DNA of 64,000 nt from Protoeuglena noctilucae (taxonomy: Eukaryota), in the NCBI GenBank assembly GCA_958009085.1, contig OY253674.1, forward strand, positions 372,001-436,000, read 5' to 3'. Shown one piece after another: positions 23,446-36,874 of the stretch. A program made the position numbers and the translations under genes. Every line of letters starts with the position of its first letter. Within the stretch, counting starts at the first letter, position 1. The notes under the pieces were generated by a model, which ran no database searches, was not told where the DNA came from, and saw only the letters and a list, made by a program, of their open reading frames with translations.

Positions 23446-24433
23446 ATGGCTTCGCCGTTTGGGCGCTCGGGCTATTCGGGCTTTCCCCCATCAGCCCAGG
23501 CCCGCCCGCGGGCATGGGTGCCGATGGGCAGCGCACCCAGTCCCGTCGCGGTAACGGCGAAGACGGCTCGTGAGCTGGAGGCCTTCCTGGCCGGCCAGGG
23601 GGTGGATACGTCAAGCTGGGGTCGCGGCGAGGTCCGCAGAGGCGCGCACGCTGTCTCTCGCTCGCGAGCGCGACAAAGGCGACGCCGAACGCATTGCATG
23701 AAATGTTCCCCGTCCGATGTCCGAACCCACATGATCGATGTGCTCCGCACGCCCCGCGCAGGCCAAGTCTGTGGGTGACCTTGTCAATGAGATCACGAAA
23801 GGGGAGAGCCGCCTGGAGGTCAACGACGGGGTTGTGAGGCGCAGGGTAGAGGTCCTCAGCGTCGCAGTGACCCGAGCGGACGGCAAGGTGCTTTACGAGG
23901 CGCTGCAGACCCTGCCCGACGGGCGACAGCGTTGTCGGAATATGCTCCTTGCCGAGAAGCTGCAGCAAGGGGAGACGTGGCAGGAGGCGATCCGACGGTG
24001 AGTGGCCGTGCGCGGAACAGGACCAGGGGAGGATCAATCATTGGTACGTAGTACGCAGTGTCATACTATGCCTGCGCCACTCCAACTGCTCCGTGCACCG
24101 CCCCGCCTGCTCCATGCGCCGTCCACGTGCCAATTCGCCAGCTGGGCTCACGACCGGCCTTTGCTTTCGACACACAGGGCGGTGAAGGAGGAGCTTGGGT
24201 CGGCCCTCACCTCGCCTGCGTCCGTGTCGACCATCGCGGTTCTGGAGGACAGCTACTGCAGCAGCGAGCGTGTCGAGGAGGCCCACTCGTACCCCGGCAT
24301 CCAGTGTCTGTACCGTGTGCATCATGCCGCCGTTCGGATCGACGACTTGCCGGCCGACGACTTCGACACGTGGGAGCCGCGTGAGGGCGGGCGATTGGTC
24401 ACACGCTGGCAGTGGAGGGACGTCGAGGCGTAG
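23446..24433 (+). CDS. Nudix-hydrolase-fold protein of unknown function (degenerate Nudix box)
   Basis: LEAFLAGQGVDTSSWGRGE|AKSVGDLVNEITKGESRL...LYEALQTLPDGRQRCRNMLLAEKLQQGETWQEAIRR|AVKEELG...HSYPGIQCLY...WQW. It resembles a conserved plant/algal uncharacterised family. The start could instead be 23524. Confidence 0.75.
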
Positions 24434-24527
24434 ATGAGCTTGTCGGACCAGACTGAGAGGCAGCGTTTCCATTGCACGCTTGCGTAAGCTGTCGTATCTT
24501 CAACGCGGCGCACTTTGAAGCGTCAGT

Positions 24528-25708
24528 TCAGTGGAGCAGCGTGAGCCACGACAGGAAGGCGTAGATGAGGAAGAGAGGGTACACCGCGAGGCCCTTGCGC
24601 TTGTCCGACACCGACCCTGCGATGAACGGCACGCCGGCCCAGGAGGCCCACGACATGGCCAGCAGGAGCAGCACTCCCCGGGCGTAGACGTTCGTGACAA
24701 AGATGCTGCGGGCGGCACACCAAGCGTGACGTTGCGCGTCCAGGCACCCATCTGCTGCGGCTAGCAAACGCAGGCGACGGCGCAGTACGGCGGTCACCAG
24801 ACGAACGCCACGAAGGCGATGGGGAAGATGCAGTAGCCGAGGAGAGAGAGGGACCCGAAGAAGGCAATCTTGCCCCCCAGCAGCGTCACGTTGATGGTGA
24901 GGACCAGGGCGCCGAGCACCGCCACGCCGAACACGAGGGCGAAGAGCCGGCCCGGCTCCTGCGGGCAAGAAGAGCCGCAGTGTTTGAACCGAACGTGACA
25001 CCCGCGGGCGCACCACAGACAACGAGTGATGATCGGCGCACCTTGGACCCGATGGAGAGGGAAATGGAGAGCAGCAGGGAGAAGATCATGGGGCCCCAGA
25101 GGTCCCAATCCCGCACGACTTTGCCCCGGTCCCCGGAGCCGCCCAGCCGCACGGGAAGAAGCACCGTGCGCAAATTGCTCCCGATGCGCTTGACATCGCG
25201 CATGATAGTGGCCGAGACGGGCTCATCCAGCGTAGAGGGATGCGCCGTCTGCACCACCGGCTCTGCGAAGAGTTGACAGCGCGGGCGCACGTGCGGGGAT
25301 CGCGCATCGGCGCGCCGATGGGGCCTGGCTCAAGCACGCTGCACGCTGTGTCGCCGCAAGCTCTCAGCAGGCGCGCCAGGCTCGCACGGCACACCTATGC
25401 TCTCGATGTCCCGCTGCTGCGGCACAGCGGACGCCGCGCCTCCGGCCGGGCCCGGGGCGCCCGGGGCCTGGGGCTGGGGAGGGAGGCGTGGCTGGGATCG
25501 CGATGGGGAAATCCAAACGCGGGCAGCGGGCACCAACCGTGCTTTCATACTGCATCCGAGTCACGCTACAAGACTGCGCGGCCCACACCGACGCATGCTG
25601 CGCAGCGTTCCCCGTCGGGACCCACGCCCCTTCTAAGGGGTCCGCGCCTCCAGCCGCGCCCCGCCCCGGCCCGCCCGCGTCCCCCGCCCCCAACTCGGCC
25701 TTCCTCAT
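24528..25708 (-). CDS. YIP4: Yip1-domain Golgi/TGN membrane protein (YIP4/YIPF6-like)
   Basis: STLDEPVSATIMRDVKRI, RDWDLWGPMIFSLLLS, LTINVTLLGGKIAFFGSLSLLGYCIFP, KRKGLAVYPLFLIY. The start is uncertain (25708 or 25555). Confidence 0.92.
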
Positions 25709-26042
25709 GCCTGCGTGGCCAGGCTTGAGCAGATTCGTGCGCAGCGACCAAGAGACACGTTCGCGGACGACCCTGGGACCCAGGCAGCGATGTGCGCGCA
25801 CAAGCAGGCTCCCCAGACCAGCGCCACGATGAACTGACGCGCAGGCGGGGCGCTGTCTGCCGCGACGGGGCGGATTTCCAAACACAGTCCGACACGCAGT
25901 CCCGACAACTTTTTCTTTTACGATTGGTCTGGCTGGTCCAGCCCTCCCCCAGGACGTGACCGTCGAGCACAAAGTGCCTGACGCCGGCCGCAGCCCATCT
26001 GGCCAGGCGAGGCCGGAGAACGGCTGCGTTCAGCACACGACG

Positions 26043-29000
26043 ATGGACGGCTGGGAGCGCGCACTCCTGGCGACGGCGCTCCCAGAGCGTGACGATATAC
26101 CACGTTGCGATGACTGGGAGGCGGACCAGAGCCTGGCTGGCGTCGTGGCCCGCGTGCTGGAGGTACGGCCTGGAGGTGGCGGCAGTGCCTGCCCGTTCTC
26201 ACTCATCGCGCCAGTTACTCCCTCCGCGAGATGACCGCAATATGCCTTCCTTATTCGGCTAACGCCGACGATGGCAGCATCGCCGAATCACACGCAGGGC
26301 GACTACCTGGGCGCTTTGCAAGCCGCCGGGTCCACGGGGCGTCTTCCCTCGCCGGGCGCCGGGCAGGGCGCCGCCGATTACATGACGGAGACGGTGGCCG
26401 AGTGGGCAAAGAGCTCGTCCCGGACGGCAGAGGAGAGGCGCGTGGCCGTGGCGGCGGCGGCGGCAGCACTCGGTGCCTTTGCGCGCCACCACCTCACAGG
26501 GCCGCCCCTCCCGGCCAGCGCGAACGCGTTTGGCTGCCTGGGTGGGGCAGCCGCGGGCGACGACAGGCACGCCGACGTTCAGAGAGCCCTGGAGAGCAAC
26601 GGGGAGGAGCTCATCGGGCGCATCGCACACGCCGACTTCCTTCTGCTGGCCCTGTGCCTCCTCCCCTTGTGTCGCGGAGGAGGCCACGACGACTGGCCTG
26701 CGTCCGCGGACTGGTGGGCTGCCAGGCGAGTGACATACACGGAGCAGCTTGCGGTGGGAGGGTTTGGTGGAGATGCGATTGCGGCCGACCAAGGGTCAAG
26801 CTGTGCCGCTCCACCCATGCCCACACGGACTTGCTTTTCCTCCTCAGAGCCCTAGGTCTCCAGCAGCGCATTCTGGCGGCCCGCTCGGCTGCCGTGCGCA
26901 GCCAGACGCACGCAGGATGGCGGCGCCTGCTTGACAGAGTTGCTCCCGACGGCCCGCCCCCGGGGGACCGCCGCGACCGCGTCCTGGCCTCCACGGCGCT
27001 GCTGGAGGCCGCCAACTCCATGTTCGTGTACGGGCTTGACTCCCAAGCCCACGCGCTCCTATCCAGAGCTGCACAGGCGAGCCCTTGCACGCTCCCAGCA
27101 AAGCGTGGGGTGCACGTGGCAAGAGGCAACTCACACCGTCACACTGCTGCGCGCTTGACAGATCCAGCACCCTTGAGAGCCCTGTGCTTGGCTGACCTTT
27201 CGCTCTGAGAATGGACCATCAGACCAGCGCAACGCCTAGCTGAGATTTTCAGCGATTCTGTGCCCTCAGGTTGCCGGCCTGCGCTTCCGTGTCGAGGGCC
27301 GTCTAGCGAAGAAGACAGTCCATCAGGTCGACGCCACGTCGGTGCTGTTTGTGTGCGTGGAGGAGCAGGACGCGTGCAGCTTGCGGGGGCGCTTTGGCAC
27401 GCCTTGCCCCGCGGAGGCCGCGGGCAGCCAGGGCAGCGGGGCCGCGGACGAAGCGGGCGAGGGACCGGACAGGCCTGGCAGAGCGACGTCCGGGCTGTCC
27501 TGTGACAGGTGACAACCTGAGAGCCAGTGCACATGTCGGCCACTGTGTCAGGAAAAGGTGCTGAGGAGACTTGCGTTTTGTAGAGGAGCTCTCGCAGCTG
27601 TCTCTGCCACCTCGTACACCCCTGCGCTCCATGCGCCCACTTGCGCGCGTACCATCGGCATGATGCAAAGCTGCCCCGCGGCTCCCGCAGTGACGTGCAC
27701 TTGCTGCCGCACTTCTTGGAGGGCGACTGGGGCCCGGAGCTCGGAGCTCTGGAGCAGACGATCCTGCTGGCGCACGCCACGCTGGTCCGGAAGGGCCAGG
27801 CAATGACAGACCTCGTCCCGGCCGAGGCCGCGCCCTTTGTCGAGATGGTCATGGCGCAGCGGGGCGGGACCAAGCTGGGATCGCGGGCGGCGCGGCTGAT
27901 GATGGCCCGCAAGGAGAGCGCCCGCAGCCGGACGGCGGAGCGGGGCATTGTGACGTTCGAGGCGTTGGTGGAGGAGGCGCAGGGACGCTGGCACGGCCAG
28001 GCGACAGAGGGCGGCACAGGCGTCCGGGGCAGTGCAGAGGATGTGGACGATTCAGGGCAGGGTGACGAGGGGGTCCGTGTGTGCTGGGACCTAGCGGGGG
28101 CCTTCGCCATCTGGACACCTCTCGCAATCCAGGTGAGCGTGGTGGTGGTAGGGCATGGGTGCTACATGGCCATGACGTGTTCATGCGTCTGTGCTTGCCA
28201 CAGCAGCTGTCTGCCACACACGATGGGGCTATCATGCGGCTTGGAGAGAGTCAGCTGAGGTGCCGGTGTGAGGCCTGCCTATCTTAATGGCCGCAGATGA
28301 CCAAGGAGTTTGGGGAGATGATGCTCGGCGCGGGTCTGGTGAACGAGGCGTTGGTGCTGTTCGAGAAGAATGAGCTCCTCGACGCCGCCATCGTCTGCTA
28401 CAGGTGTGCTGGCCGCGTGGGATTAGATGGGCTAAGCCGGCATGGGGGCTGGGAGCAGAGCTGGGATTTGGGAGTGTTGGCATTCAAATTGTTCACGTAG
28501 CTGAGCTCGCGCAAAGTGCCGCGCGCGACGAGATAGTCTGGGCTGTGTTAAGCGTGCAGGATGCTGGGCAAAGCGCATGCGGCAGAGGCCATGGTGCGAG
28601 AGCGGCTCCAGGAGGGGCCAGACAGCCCGAGGCTGTTGTGCACTTTGGGCGACATCACGGGCGACCTGTCGCTCCACGAGCGGGCGTGGGAGGCGTCGGG
28701 GTGCAAGTACGTGCGGGCGCAGCGGACCCTGGCTACCCGGTGAGGCTATCATCAGACACTGCATGAGTTTGCCGTGGATCATGCGACCAATATCACTATG
28801 TAGAGCGTCCATTGGTCGTGCAGAGTGCTTTGCTTCAGCTGCGCTGCTGTCTTGCAGTCTGCCCGGTGACCTCACCAGCCATGCCGTGTGCCTGTCTAAC
28901 GGCGCAGGAAGCAGGAGAAGGGTCTTTTCGAGGAGGCGATCGGCCATTGGGAGCTGGCGCTGGCCATCAACCCGTTGCATCCGGACGGGTGGTTTGCGCT

Positions 29001-30706
29001 GGGTCACACGTGCATCCGCGCGGGGCGGTTCGACCGGGCCATCGAGGCATGCACGCGGTGCGTGCAACTCGATCCGGAGGCGTATGAGGCGTGGAACAAC
29101 CTGGCGGCCTTGCTCCTGCGCAAGGGCAAAGCGCGGGAGGCCTTCTGGGCTTTGTCAGAGTCGGTGCGCCTGAAACGCAACAGCTGGCAGACGTGGGACA
29201 ACTACGCGCAGGCGGCGGCGGCCTGTGCAGACTGGCTGTACGCATGCGACGGTATCCTCGAGGTGCTGAAGCTCACGCAAGGGACCAGGCGAGTGGGTGG
29301 TGAAGTCCATCCAAGCGCCTGTGGATGGCTCTAGCACCTTGTCAGAGATAAGACAGGTCAAGTTCAGAGACGTGGGTTGTGATAGTCATCTGAACAGGTT
29401 ACCGCATCGCTTAGCTCGAGCTGAGCTTCCTCAGCTGTCGCGCATGCAGGCTTCTGGAGGAGGTGCTGGCGGGGTGCGTGCAGAGTTTTGCGGAGCTGGC
29501 AGCCCAGGGTGAGTGGCGGGCCCACTCTGCGGTGCATGATGCGACACAGGGACCGGTGTTGTTTCACTAGCCGAGGTCACTCCTTGTCGTCATTCGCACG
29601 CCTCGCCACGTGCAGTGGCTCGGGACAAGGGCGGCGTGGGCCCCAGTGCCGCAATGCTCTCGGACGACGGCGCAGAAGGGCGGGGCGAGGGGAGTACCGA
29701 GACCAGGACTGGCGAGGGCGCAGATGGCGCCGGGCCTTCCAGCGGGAACGGGGGCGTGAACGAGGGCCGAACGGTGCGGGAGGTCTTTGACACCCTGCTG
29801 TCCGATTTGGGTGGGTCCCTGTGGGCGGAGGACTCGGGAGATGCGGAAGCAGCGGACCCTGGGAGGCCAGGAGAAACGCCCTCGGAGGCGAGCCATGCAG
29901 GAGCACATTTCAATGTCCACGACGTCGTCGGCCGTGAGCGGCTCCTCGGGCAGCTGTCGAAGCGGATCTCGAGCGTCCTGCGAGTGGTGACGACCGGTGA
30001 GGGCTTTGCTTGGGGCTGTGCACCTTCAGCGGAGCCCTCGAGTCACCCTGGCTGCGAGTGCGGTAAGCGTCACTGTCAAGCAGCAGCGGTGCGCGAGTGT
30101 CCGGGCCGTGTCTCAATGCTCGTGGCGTCGATTGGGACTGTCGTGCTGTGTGAATGCCCTGGCCGCGGGAGTGCTCAGGGCAACGTGCTTTCGTGCTTCC
30201 GACACACGCAGCCAGCACCTCGGTCTGTAAGGCGTCGACGTGGGCCATATTCGCCAACTTCTGGGGAGCTCTGAGCGAGTACAGGAGTCAGAAAGAGTGC
30301 CTGGTCAAGTGTGTCCGGGGGCTGAGCACCTCCCAATGGCGCAAGGACGAGAAGGCCTTCGTGGACCTGGCGGCAGCGTCCATAGAGCTCGCAGACTGCT
30401 GCCTGCGGCTTGCGGAGGCCAACCCAGAAGGCGAGTTCAGCGTAGGGAGAGCACATTGCGTGATTAAGGTGTTGTAGATTTGCCGTATGGTCGGCAGTAA
30501 GGTCTTCAGAAGGGTAGTAGTTTCACGCGTCTGCCGTAAGCACCCCACTTCCCGCAGGGGCAACGAAGGAGCTGACGTCCGCCCAAATGCAGCTCTCTGG
30601 CCTGGCTTCGGGCGCCGCGAAGGAGTTTCCCGGGCACGAGATCACCGCGCGCCTTCAGGACGCTCTGTCGCGCGTGAAGGCCGCGCAGCAGCAAGCGCAG
30701 GCGTAG
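26043..30706 (+). CDS. TTC27: Tetratricopeptide repeat protein 27 (EMW1-like)
   Basis: WWAAR|ALGLQQRIL, GRLAKKTVHQ, SRTAERGIVTFEALV, ALVLFEKNELLDAAIVCY, PRLLCTLGDIT...AWEASG..YVRAQRTL, INPLHPDGWFALG, EAWNNLAAL, SWQTWDNY. It ends QQQAQA* at 30706. Confidence 0.88.
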
Positions 30707-31122
30707 CTGTCTTGACTGTGCGGTTCAACTGGCGAACCGCCTTCACAGCCAGGCTGGGAAGCCTGGACAGCCCAGGCGGGGACCGCAGGGTGGGACACGC
30801 GTTGCTGTGCATGTTGCTAGGGCGTATCACAACCCCGGTAGGGCGCGAGGGCCCCGCAACGCCCGGCAAGGCGTCTTGCACCCTCCAACCCGCGGCAAGG
30901 GCGACAGGGACGATGTCTACAGCCAACATGAATCCTGGAGGCTGCTAGGGGACGAACTAACCGCGCGGAGCGACTGGCCAGGCACCGCTTGTGAAACACG
31001 ACGTGCCACCGCGGGACCCCGCTGCACCCGCCCCGGACCCAATTGGCGGCCTCCGCACGCGCCGCGCCGGCCGCGCCACGGCGCCCGTGACGCGGGCCGT
31101 CGGCAGGCAGGTGGCCGGGGCG

Positions 31123-33551
31123 TCAGGGGTTGGTAGTGCAAAGGAGGTAGAGGGAGTTGGCGGCGGCGCAGGCGATGACGTTGGCGCTCGGATGCCAGGC
31201 CAGGTGGAGCATCTTGGAGCTGAAGTCTCCCTGCGAGCGCGGCACCCACGCATGTCAAGCATCTCACCCCCGTGCATCGGTCCAGCTACGGCGCCTCCAC
31301 CGGCCCTCCCCCCGCACCTGGGTGAGGCTCTCGAGGTCCGTCGCTTTTCGCGGCTCCTTCTTGCGCATCCCGAAGCGCCCGCCGGCCGCGCCGTGCTTGC
31401 TCTTGGCCTGCAGCGCGCGCTTGCGCTCCGGGTCCCGGCTCGACTCCAGGAGGTACTCGGACCCGTCGCTGACGCCAAAAACGCGGAAAAAGGAGCCGTA
31501 GGAGCCCGTGGCCACGTGGCGCGTGTCGCCCGAGACGGTGCACTCGAATTTGTCGAAGATGCAGTCGTTCTCGTACAGGTCGCAGAGCTTGGCGCGGAGG
31601 GGCTCGTGGACCTTGAACGTCGCGACAGGCGCCGACTCCTTGTTGATGTCCCACAGCTTAACCGTCATGTAGTCCCGGCTGACCAGGTACCGGCCGCAGC
31701 GCGAGAACTTGACGTCGGAAACGGACGAGATGATCTCGCTGAAGAAGCTGCGCGACCCCTGCCCCGGGTCCTCCTTCACGAAATCCTTCGCGTGACGATC
31801 GCACAGCGCCGAGGACCTGCGGCGGATGGAAAAGGCGCAAGCGCGTCGCACCGGCGCTCTCCCCGCGGTCCAGCCGTGCGCCCGCGGGCCCGGCCGTCAC
31901 CGGAGGTCCGCGAGGCGGATGCAGCCCTTGGAGCTCGAGTAGACGAGGTGGTGGCAGTGAAAGGGGTGGAAGTCCGCGGCCGTAATGACCTCCGTCAGGT
32001 CCTCCATGTTGTCGGGCTTGATGTCGACGATGTTGAACGACTTGTCCGTGTGCTCAAAGTGCCAAAGGTTGACGCGGAGATCGTCCGCCGACACGAACGT
32101 CTCGCCATCCGCGTTGGGAGCGATGCTGTTGATGTGGTATGCGTGGGCGTTGCCGTACATCCGCATGCACTTGGCCGCCAGCTGCGGCTCCACCTGGACC
32201 ACCCTGCGAGGGGGCCCGGAAGCGGAGGGCGGTCTCGCGCGGCGCTCGCGAGCGCCGGAGTGCTCCGCTGGGACCGGCCGCGCGCGCGAGGCACCTGGGG
32301 AGCCGCAGCTGCTGTGCGGACTTGGGGCCCAGCTGCGTGGGGGCCGCGCCCGGCCGCATCGGCCCCGCGATCCCCGCGGCGCGCGCGTCTGGCGGGAGGT
32401 TGAAGTCCGCTAAATGCTGCACGCGCTTCTCAAACACCTTCCAGAGCTTGACCGTCTTGTCGTTGGTCGAAATCTGTGGGGACGGGCAGCCGCGCCGCAT
32501 GTCGCAACGGAGCCTCCATCCCGGCCCGAGCGGCACCAGCCCCGCACCTGAGCACCTGCGCTCCATCGCAGCCGCCTCCGCTCACCAGCATCTTCCCGGC
32601 GGACTGCCCGTGGCACCACCGCACTTTGTTGATCTTCTCCTCGATTTCCAGCGACTTGAGGTAGTCGAACTCCGGCTCGTGACTCTGGAACTCGGTCAGG
32701 TAGCCATACTCGTACGGGTGGATGCGCCCGTGCGGCGGATGCACCCGGTTGTCCATGGAACTCAGGGTGCGCGTCGCGGCGATCCGCTCAAACAGCACGA
32801 CCCGGCCCCCCTTGTCCCCCGTGGCGAGATGCTCCCCATCGTAGTCAAAGCACACTGTCGAGATGATGTCGGCTGCGGGGGCACGGGGCGGGGGAGGGCC
32901 GTTCGCGCGGCATCTGCCGCAGTTCCCCGCGCGCCGCGTTGACCGGGACGGATTGCGGCGCAGGTTGGGGGCAACCCGCCGAGCGCGCGTGCGCGGAGAA
33001 TGCCCCGACGTACGCGCGCGTAGGGCAGCCCCGGGGCCGTCGAAAACCACGCGATCGGGCGGGGAGCGGCAGGACAGGTGGCTGGGGGGGCTGGCAGCCG
33101 CTCCTGGCCCCGGGCGCCCCGTCACGGCGGCGTCGGGGCCATTCGGGAAGCCCAAAAAGCCGAAATCAGCCGGTCGCGAGTCCAAGGCGCGGCCGACCAA
33201 GTGCCCCCGAACCCCACGCCCGTCGCCCGGTCTGCACCCGCCCCGCCCCGGGCCAGCGGCGCAACGCATCGCCACGGGATCCCGGGACTGTCGCAGCGGC
33301 CGGGGGAGGTCCGCCCCGGGTGAACCGGCGCGGAACGACCCTTTGCCCGGCCGGCCGCCGGTCCCAGCCGGGCGGTGGCCCCCGGGCCGCGCGAGGTGGT
33401 TGCGATTCACTGCTCTCGAGCGGCGGGAAGGGTCCTCACCGTCCTGTATCTCCTCCCCGGGCGTCCGCTCCCCGAAACACTGGAGGAACTGCCAATCGAG
33501 CCCCCCCGACCCGTCCCCCCCCCCGTTCGGACCCCCGCTTTCCCCACTCAT
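31123..33551 (-). CDS. Ser/Thr protein phosphatase 2A regulatory subunit B55 (WD40)
   Basis: [122 protein letters not shown]. Confidence 0.98.
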
Positions 33552-34103
33552 GGTCCCGTCCCACGAGCCACCCCCCAATCGGAGAATCCCCCGCTCTCCC
33601 CCACCCCCCTAGCCACAAGCAGTCGCAGGCCGACGCCCGGGGTGTGGTCGAGAAGGCAGTGATACGGAACAGACACGGGGTAACGACGCGCAGCCGCGGG
33701 ACTGGGGGAATTGCCAGGTCGCGGTTTGTCATGCGCGGACGCGGAAGAAACGCCGGGGTGTGACAGAACCAGCCGCGTTGCAGGGACAGGTGCCGGAGAA
33801 CGGCGCAGCGTCGCTGTCTGTTGTTAGCGGTGCAGCCCTTGCCAGATTTCCGCCGTCAGTCCCCCGTCGCGGGCCGGTTCAGGTGTGTGTTTGCATGGGC
33901 GGGCACCGGCGTCGCGGGCAGCGCGGCGGGGCCCCTCAGGGACTGCGCTTCGAGGAACTGGCGTACGACATGTCAAGGATGCCATCGCCGTAGACGATCG
34001 CTCCCCTCGCCCGCGATCGAGCCTGTTTCATGTTCGTGCAGGTTCATCAAACACACGCCAGCAGGAGACCGCGCCACTGTGGGATTCCCATCGCCCGAGC
34101 ATC

Positions 34104-36790
34104 ATGCGATCTTGCACGATCCTGCAGCCAGCGTCTGGCCGCACTCTCCACGCGTCGCGGACCGATGCGCCCAGGTGCATGCCATGCGTCGCGAACTGCT
34201 ACCGCAACGCACGCGCTGCGGACCTCCGTCGCTTCCATGGCAAACAGCAGCTTCACGCGTGGAGCCTCGCCGTGACGCGCTGACAATCGGCGACGGAGTC
34301 CCCCACAGGGTTCTCTCGTCGCGCCCCGTGACTCCGATGCAGCGATCCCTCGCCCGCCCGCCCGTCCCGAGCACGCCGTATGTCCCTCAGAGGCTGTCCG
34401 TGGGCCTGCGTGCCGTGGCGGCCACCGCAGGCTCGGTCCCTCCGGCCCCGACCGCCCCCAGGGGCGCGAAGCTCGACAAGATGGCCATGGCCATCGCCGC
34501 CGGCCTCGCTCTCCGCTTCGTGGTGCCGATCCCCTCGGGCATCACTGCGCAAGCCTGGTCGGCGCTCGCCGTCTTCGCCACCACCATCCTGGGTGACTGC
34601 AACAACTCGGTTGTTGGGGGGACCACAGGCATGCATGCCGATTGGTTCACCCCGGCAACGCTCACCCCCCGCAGGCCTCGTGCTGGAGCCGCTCCCCGTG
34701 GGCGCCTGGGCGTTCTGCTGCCTGACGGCCGCCGTCACCACCAAGACGCTGACCCTGCAAGCTGGCTTCGCGGCCTTCACCAACCCCGTCATCTGGCTCA
34801 TCGTCTGCTCCTTCTTCTTCGCGTGCGGCTTCCAGAAGACGGGCCTCGGCCAGCGCGTGGCCAACCTCTTCGTCAAGTTCTTCGGCAAGTCGACCCTGGG
34901 CCTCGCCTACGGCCTCTGCTGCGCTGACGCCCTGGGTGAGGTCCCCATCAATCGCCATCCCGTCGCCGGCCCACGATCGCAGACCCGCTCGAATGCGAAC
35001 GAGGCACCTGCCCTGGTACGTCACAGCACGTCAGACCGCCCCTGTCGTTCCGTGCCCCCAGTGTCCCCGGCCATGCCCTCCACGTCTGCCCGGGCCGGTG
35101 GCATCTTCATGCCCATCGTCCTGTCCCTCTCCGAGGCGAGGATTGCGCATGCCCCGCGTGCCACGCCCAGCACCGTCCCATGCCGTCGCCCCACGTTCGT
35201 CCCCCATGCCGCCACTCCGCAGGCCTCCGGTTCCAAGCCTAACGACCCGTCCCGCAAGAGGATGGGGGCTTTCCTCACCAACGCCCTCCTCCACTCCTCC
35301 AACCACTCGAGCAACCTCTTCCTCACGGCAGCCGCCCAGAACCTGCTGTGCCTGAACCTCGCCGCGGGCCTTGGGGTGGCCATCAAGGGCCCCTGGGCCA
35401 CCTGGTTCGTCGCCGCGTGCGTCCCGGCCCTGGTCGGCATCGCCTTCATGCCCTACCTGTGCTACCTGCTCAGCCCCCCAGAGCTGAAGGACACGCCCGA
35501 GGCACCCGCCATGGTGAGACCGCATCCTCTGCCGGCAAGTCGCTGCCTGTCTCTTTGCGGCTGACGGCAACTCCTGCGGAAGCAGGGGGTCCGCTGTCGG
35601 ATGTAAACGACAGTTTCTTGCTGCTTGCTTGGCGAATGGCACGACGGTCACTCTCAAATCCTCAAGCATCCTCCTTGCAGGCGGAGGAGCGCCTCCGCAA
35701 GATGGGCCCCATGTCCAGGGACGAGAAGATCATGCTGTCCGTGATGGGCCTGGCCGTGACTCTGTGGGTCTTCGGGGATGCCCTCGGGGTCGCCCCCGTC
35801 GTGGCTGCCATGATCGGCCTCTCGACGCTCCTCGTCACGGGGGTCCTCACGTGGAAGGAATGGTGAGAGGGACTGGCGGATTAGGAACGCAGACAGGGAT
35901 TATACAGGGGAATGCCCCTTTGTTCTGTCAGAGAGCGTGGCAAGGCGTGCCCAGGCGGACAACTCGATACGCGCCCCCGCGCCCCCCGCCCGTGCAGCCT
36001 GGCCTACGGGCCCGCCTGGGACACGCTCACGTGGTTCGCTGTCCTGATCGGCATGTCGAGCGCCCTGAACGACATGGGGGTCATCCGGGCCTTTGCCGAC
36101 GCCATCTCGGGGTCCCTCACGTCGCTGGGCCTGGGGCCCCTGCCCCTCTGCGCCCTCCTCAACGCCGCCTACTTCTTCGTCCACTACCTCTTCGCCTCCC
36201 AGACCGCCCACGTCGGGGCACTCTACGCCGCGTTCATGGTGAGAAAAGAGCCGCTCGCTTGCTATGGCATGGCCGGTCCCTCAGCCAGGCCGGCCGTGCG
36301 TGCAATGCACATATGCTACAAGGGAGACCATTCACAGCGCCGGGCTGCAACCCTGGAACGCCTCTTGCTTTGCTGCATCGCTCAGCGGCATGCGCACGTA
36401 GCCCTGGACGGCCGGTCCCAACTGCGGGTTACTCTGCCCCACCCGCAGGCCATCATGCTCGCGTCGGGCGTCCCCGGCGTCCTCGGCGCACTCACCCTGG
36501 CATTCACCACGAACCTGTTCGGCTCCATGACCCACTACGCGTCGGGTGAGCAAAGCGCAGCACAGCACAGCACGGCACGTCGCCGTCCCATGAGCTGCAT
36601 CGTGCATGACGTGAACATGAACAGCCACGCCCCGCGGTCGTCGCCCGCAGGCCAAAGCGCGGTGTACTTCGGCGCTGGGTTCCTGAAGCTGGAGGGGGTG
36701 ATGAAGATGGGTGCGATCCTGGGCATGACGGGGCTGCTCATCTGGGGCGTGCTCGGTGGGCTGTGGTGGAAGGTCATCGGCCTCATCTAA
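34104..36790 (+). CDS. DIT2: Plastid dicarboxylate (glutamate/malate) translocator, DiT2/DCT type (DASS family)
   Basis: A transit peptide precedes GAKLDK...LRFVVPIP, LVLEPLPVGAWAF, VIWLIVCSFFFACGFQKTGLGQRVA, PAMPSTSARAGGIF, LFLTAAAQNLLCL, HYLFASQTAHVGALY and WWKVIGLI*. The PLPVGAWAF and GSKPND motifs favour DiT2 over DiT1. Confidence 0.93.
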
Positions 36791-36874
36791 GCAAACCGCT
36801 AAGCGAAACTTGAGTTAACATGCGTCGTGACCCATTGCAAGAGGTTCAATGTCCATCTCGTCGGCCATCAAGGG

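Noticed and set aside
10904..24433. Functional cluster of IPK1, TGD2, PMI and the Nudix-like gene
   Set aside because: The pathways and compartments are unrelated, and proximity is explained by overall gene density.
30991..32403. 470-aa plus-strand ORF, and similar long ORFs (46178-48031, 47257-49158, 50886-52055, 55560-57251, 1562-2743)
   Set aside because: These are antisense shadows of real opposite-strand genes or GC-rich chance ORFs, with no recognisable motifs.
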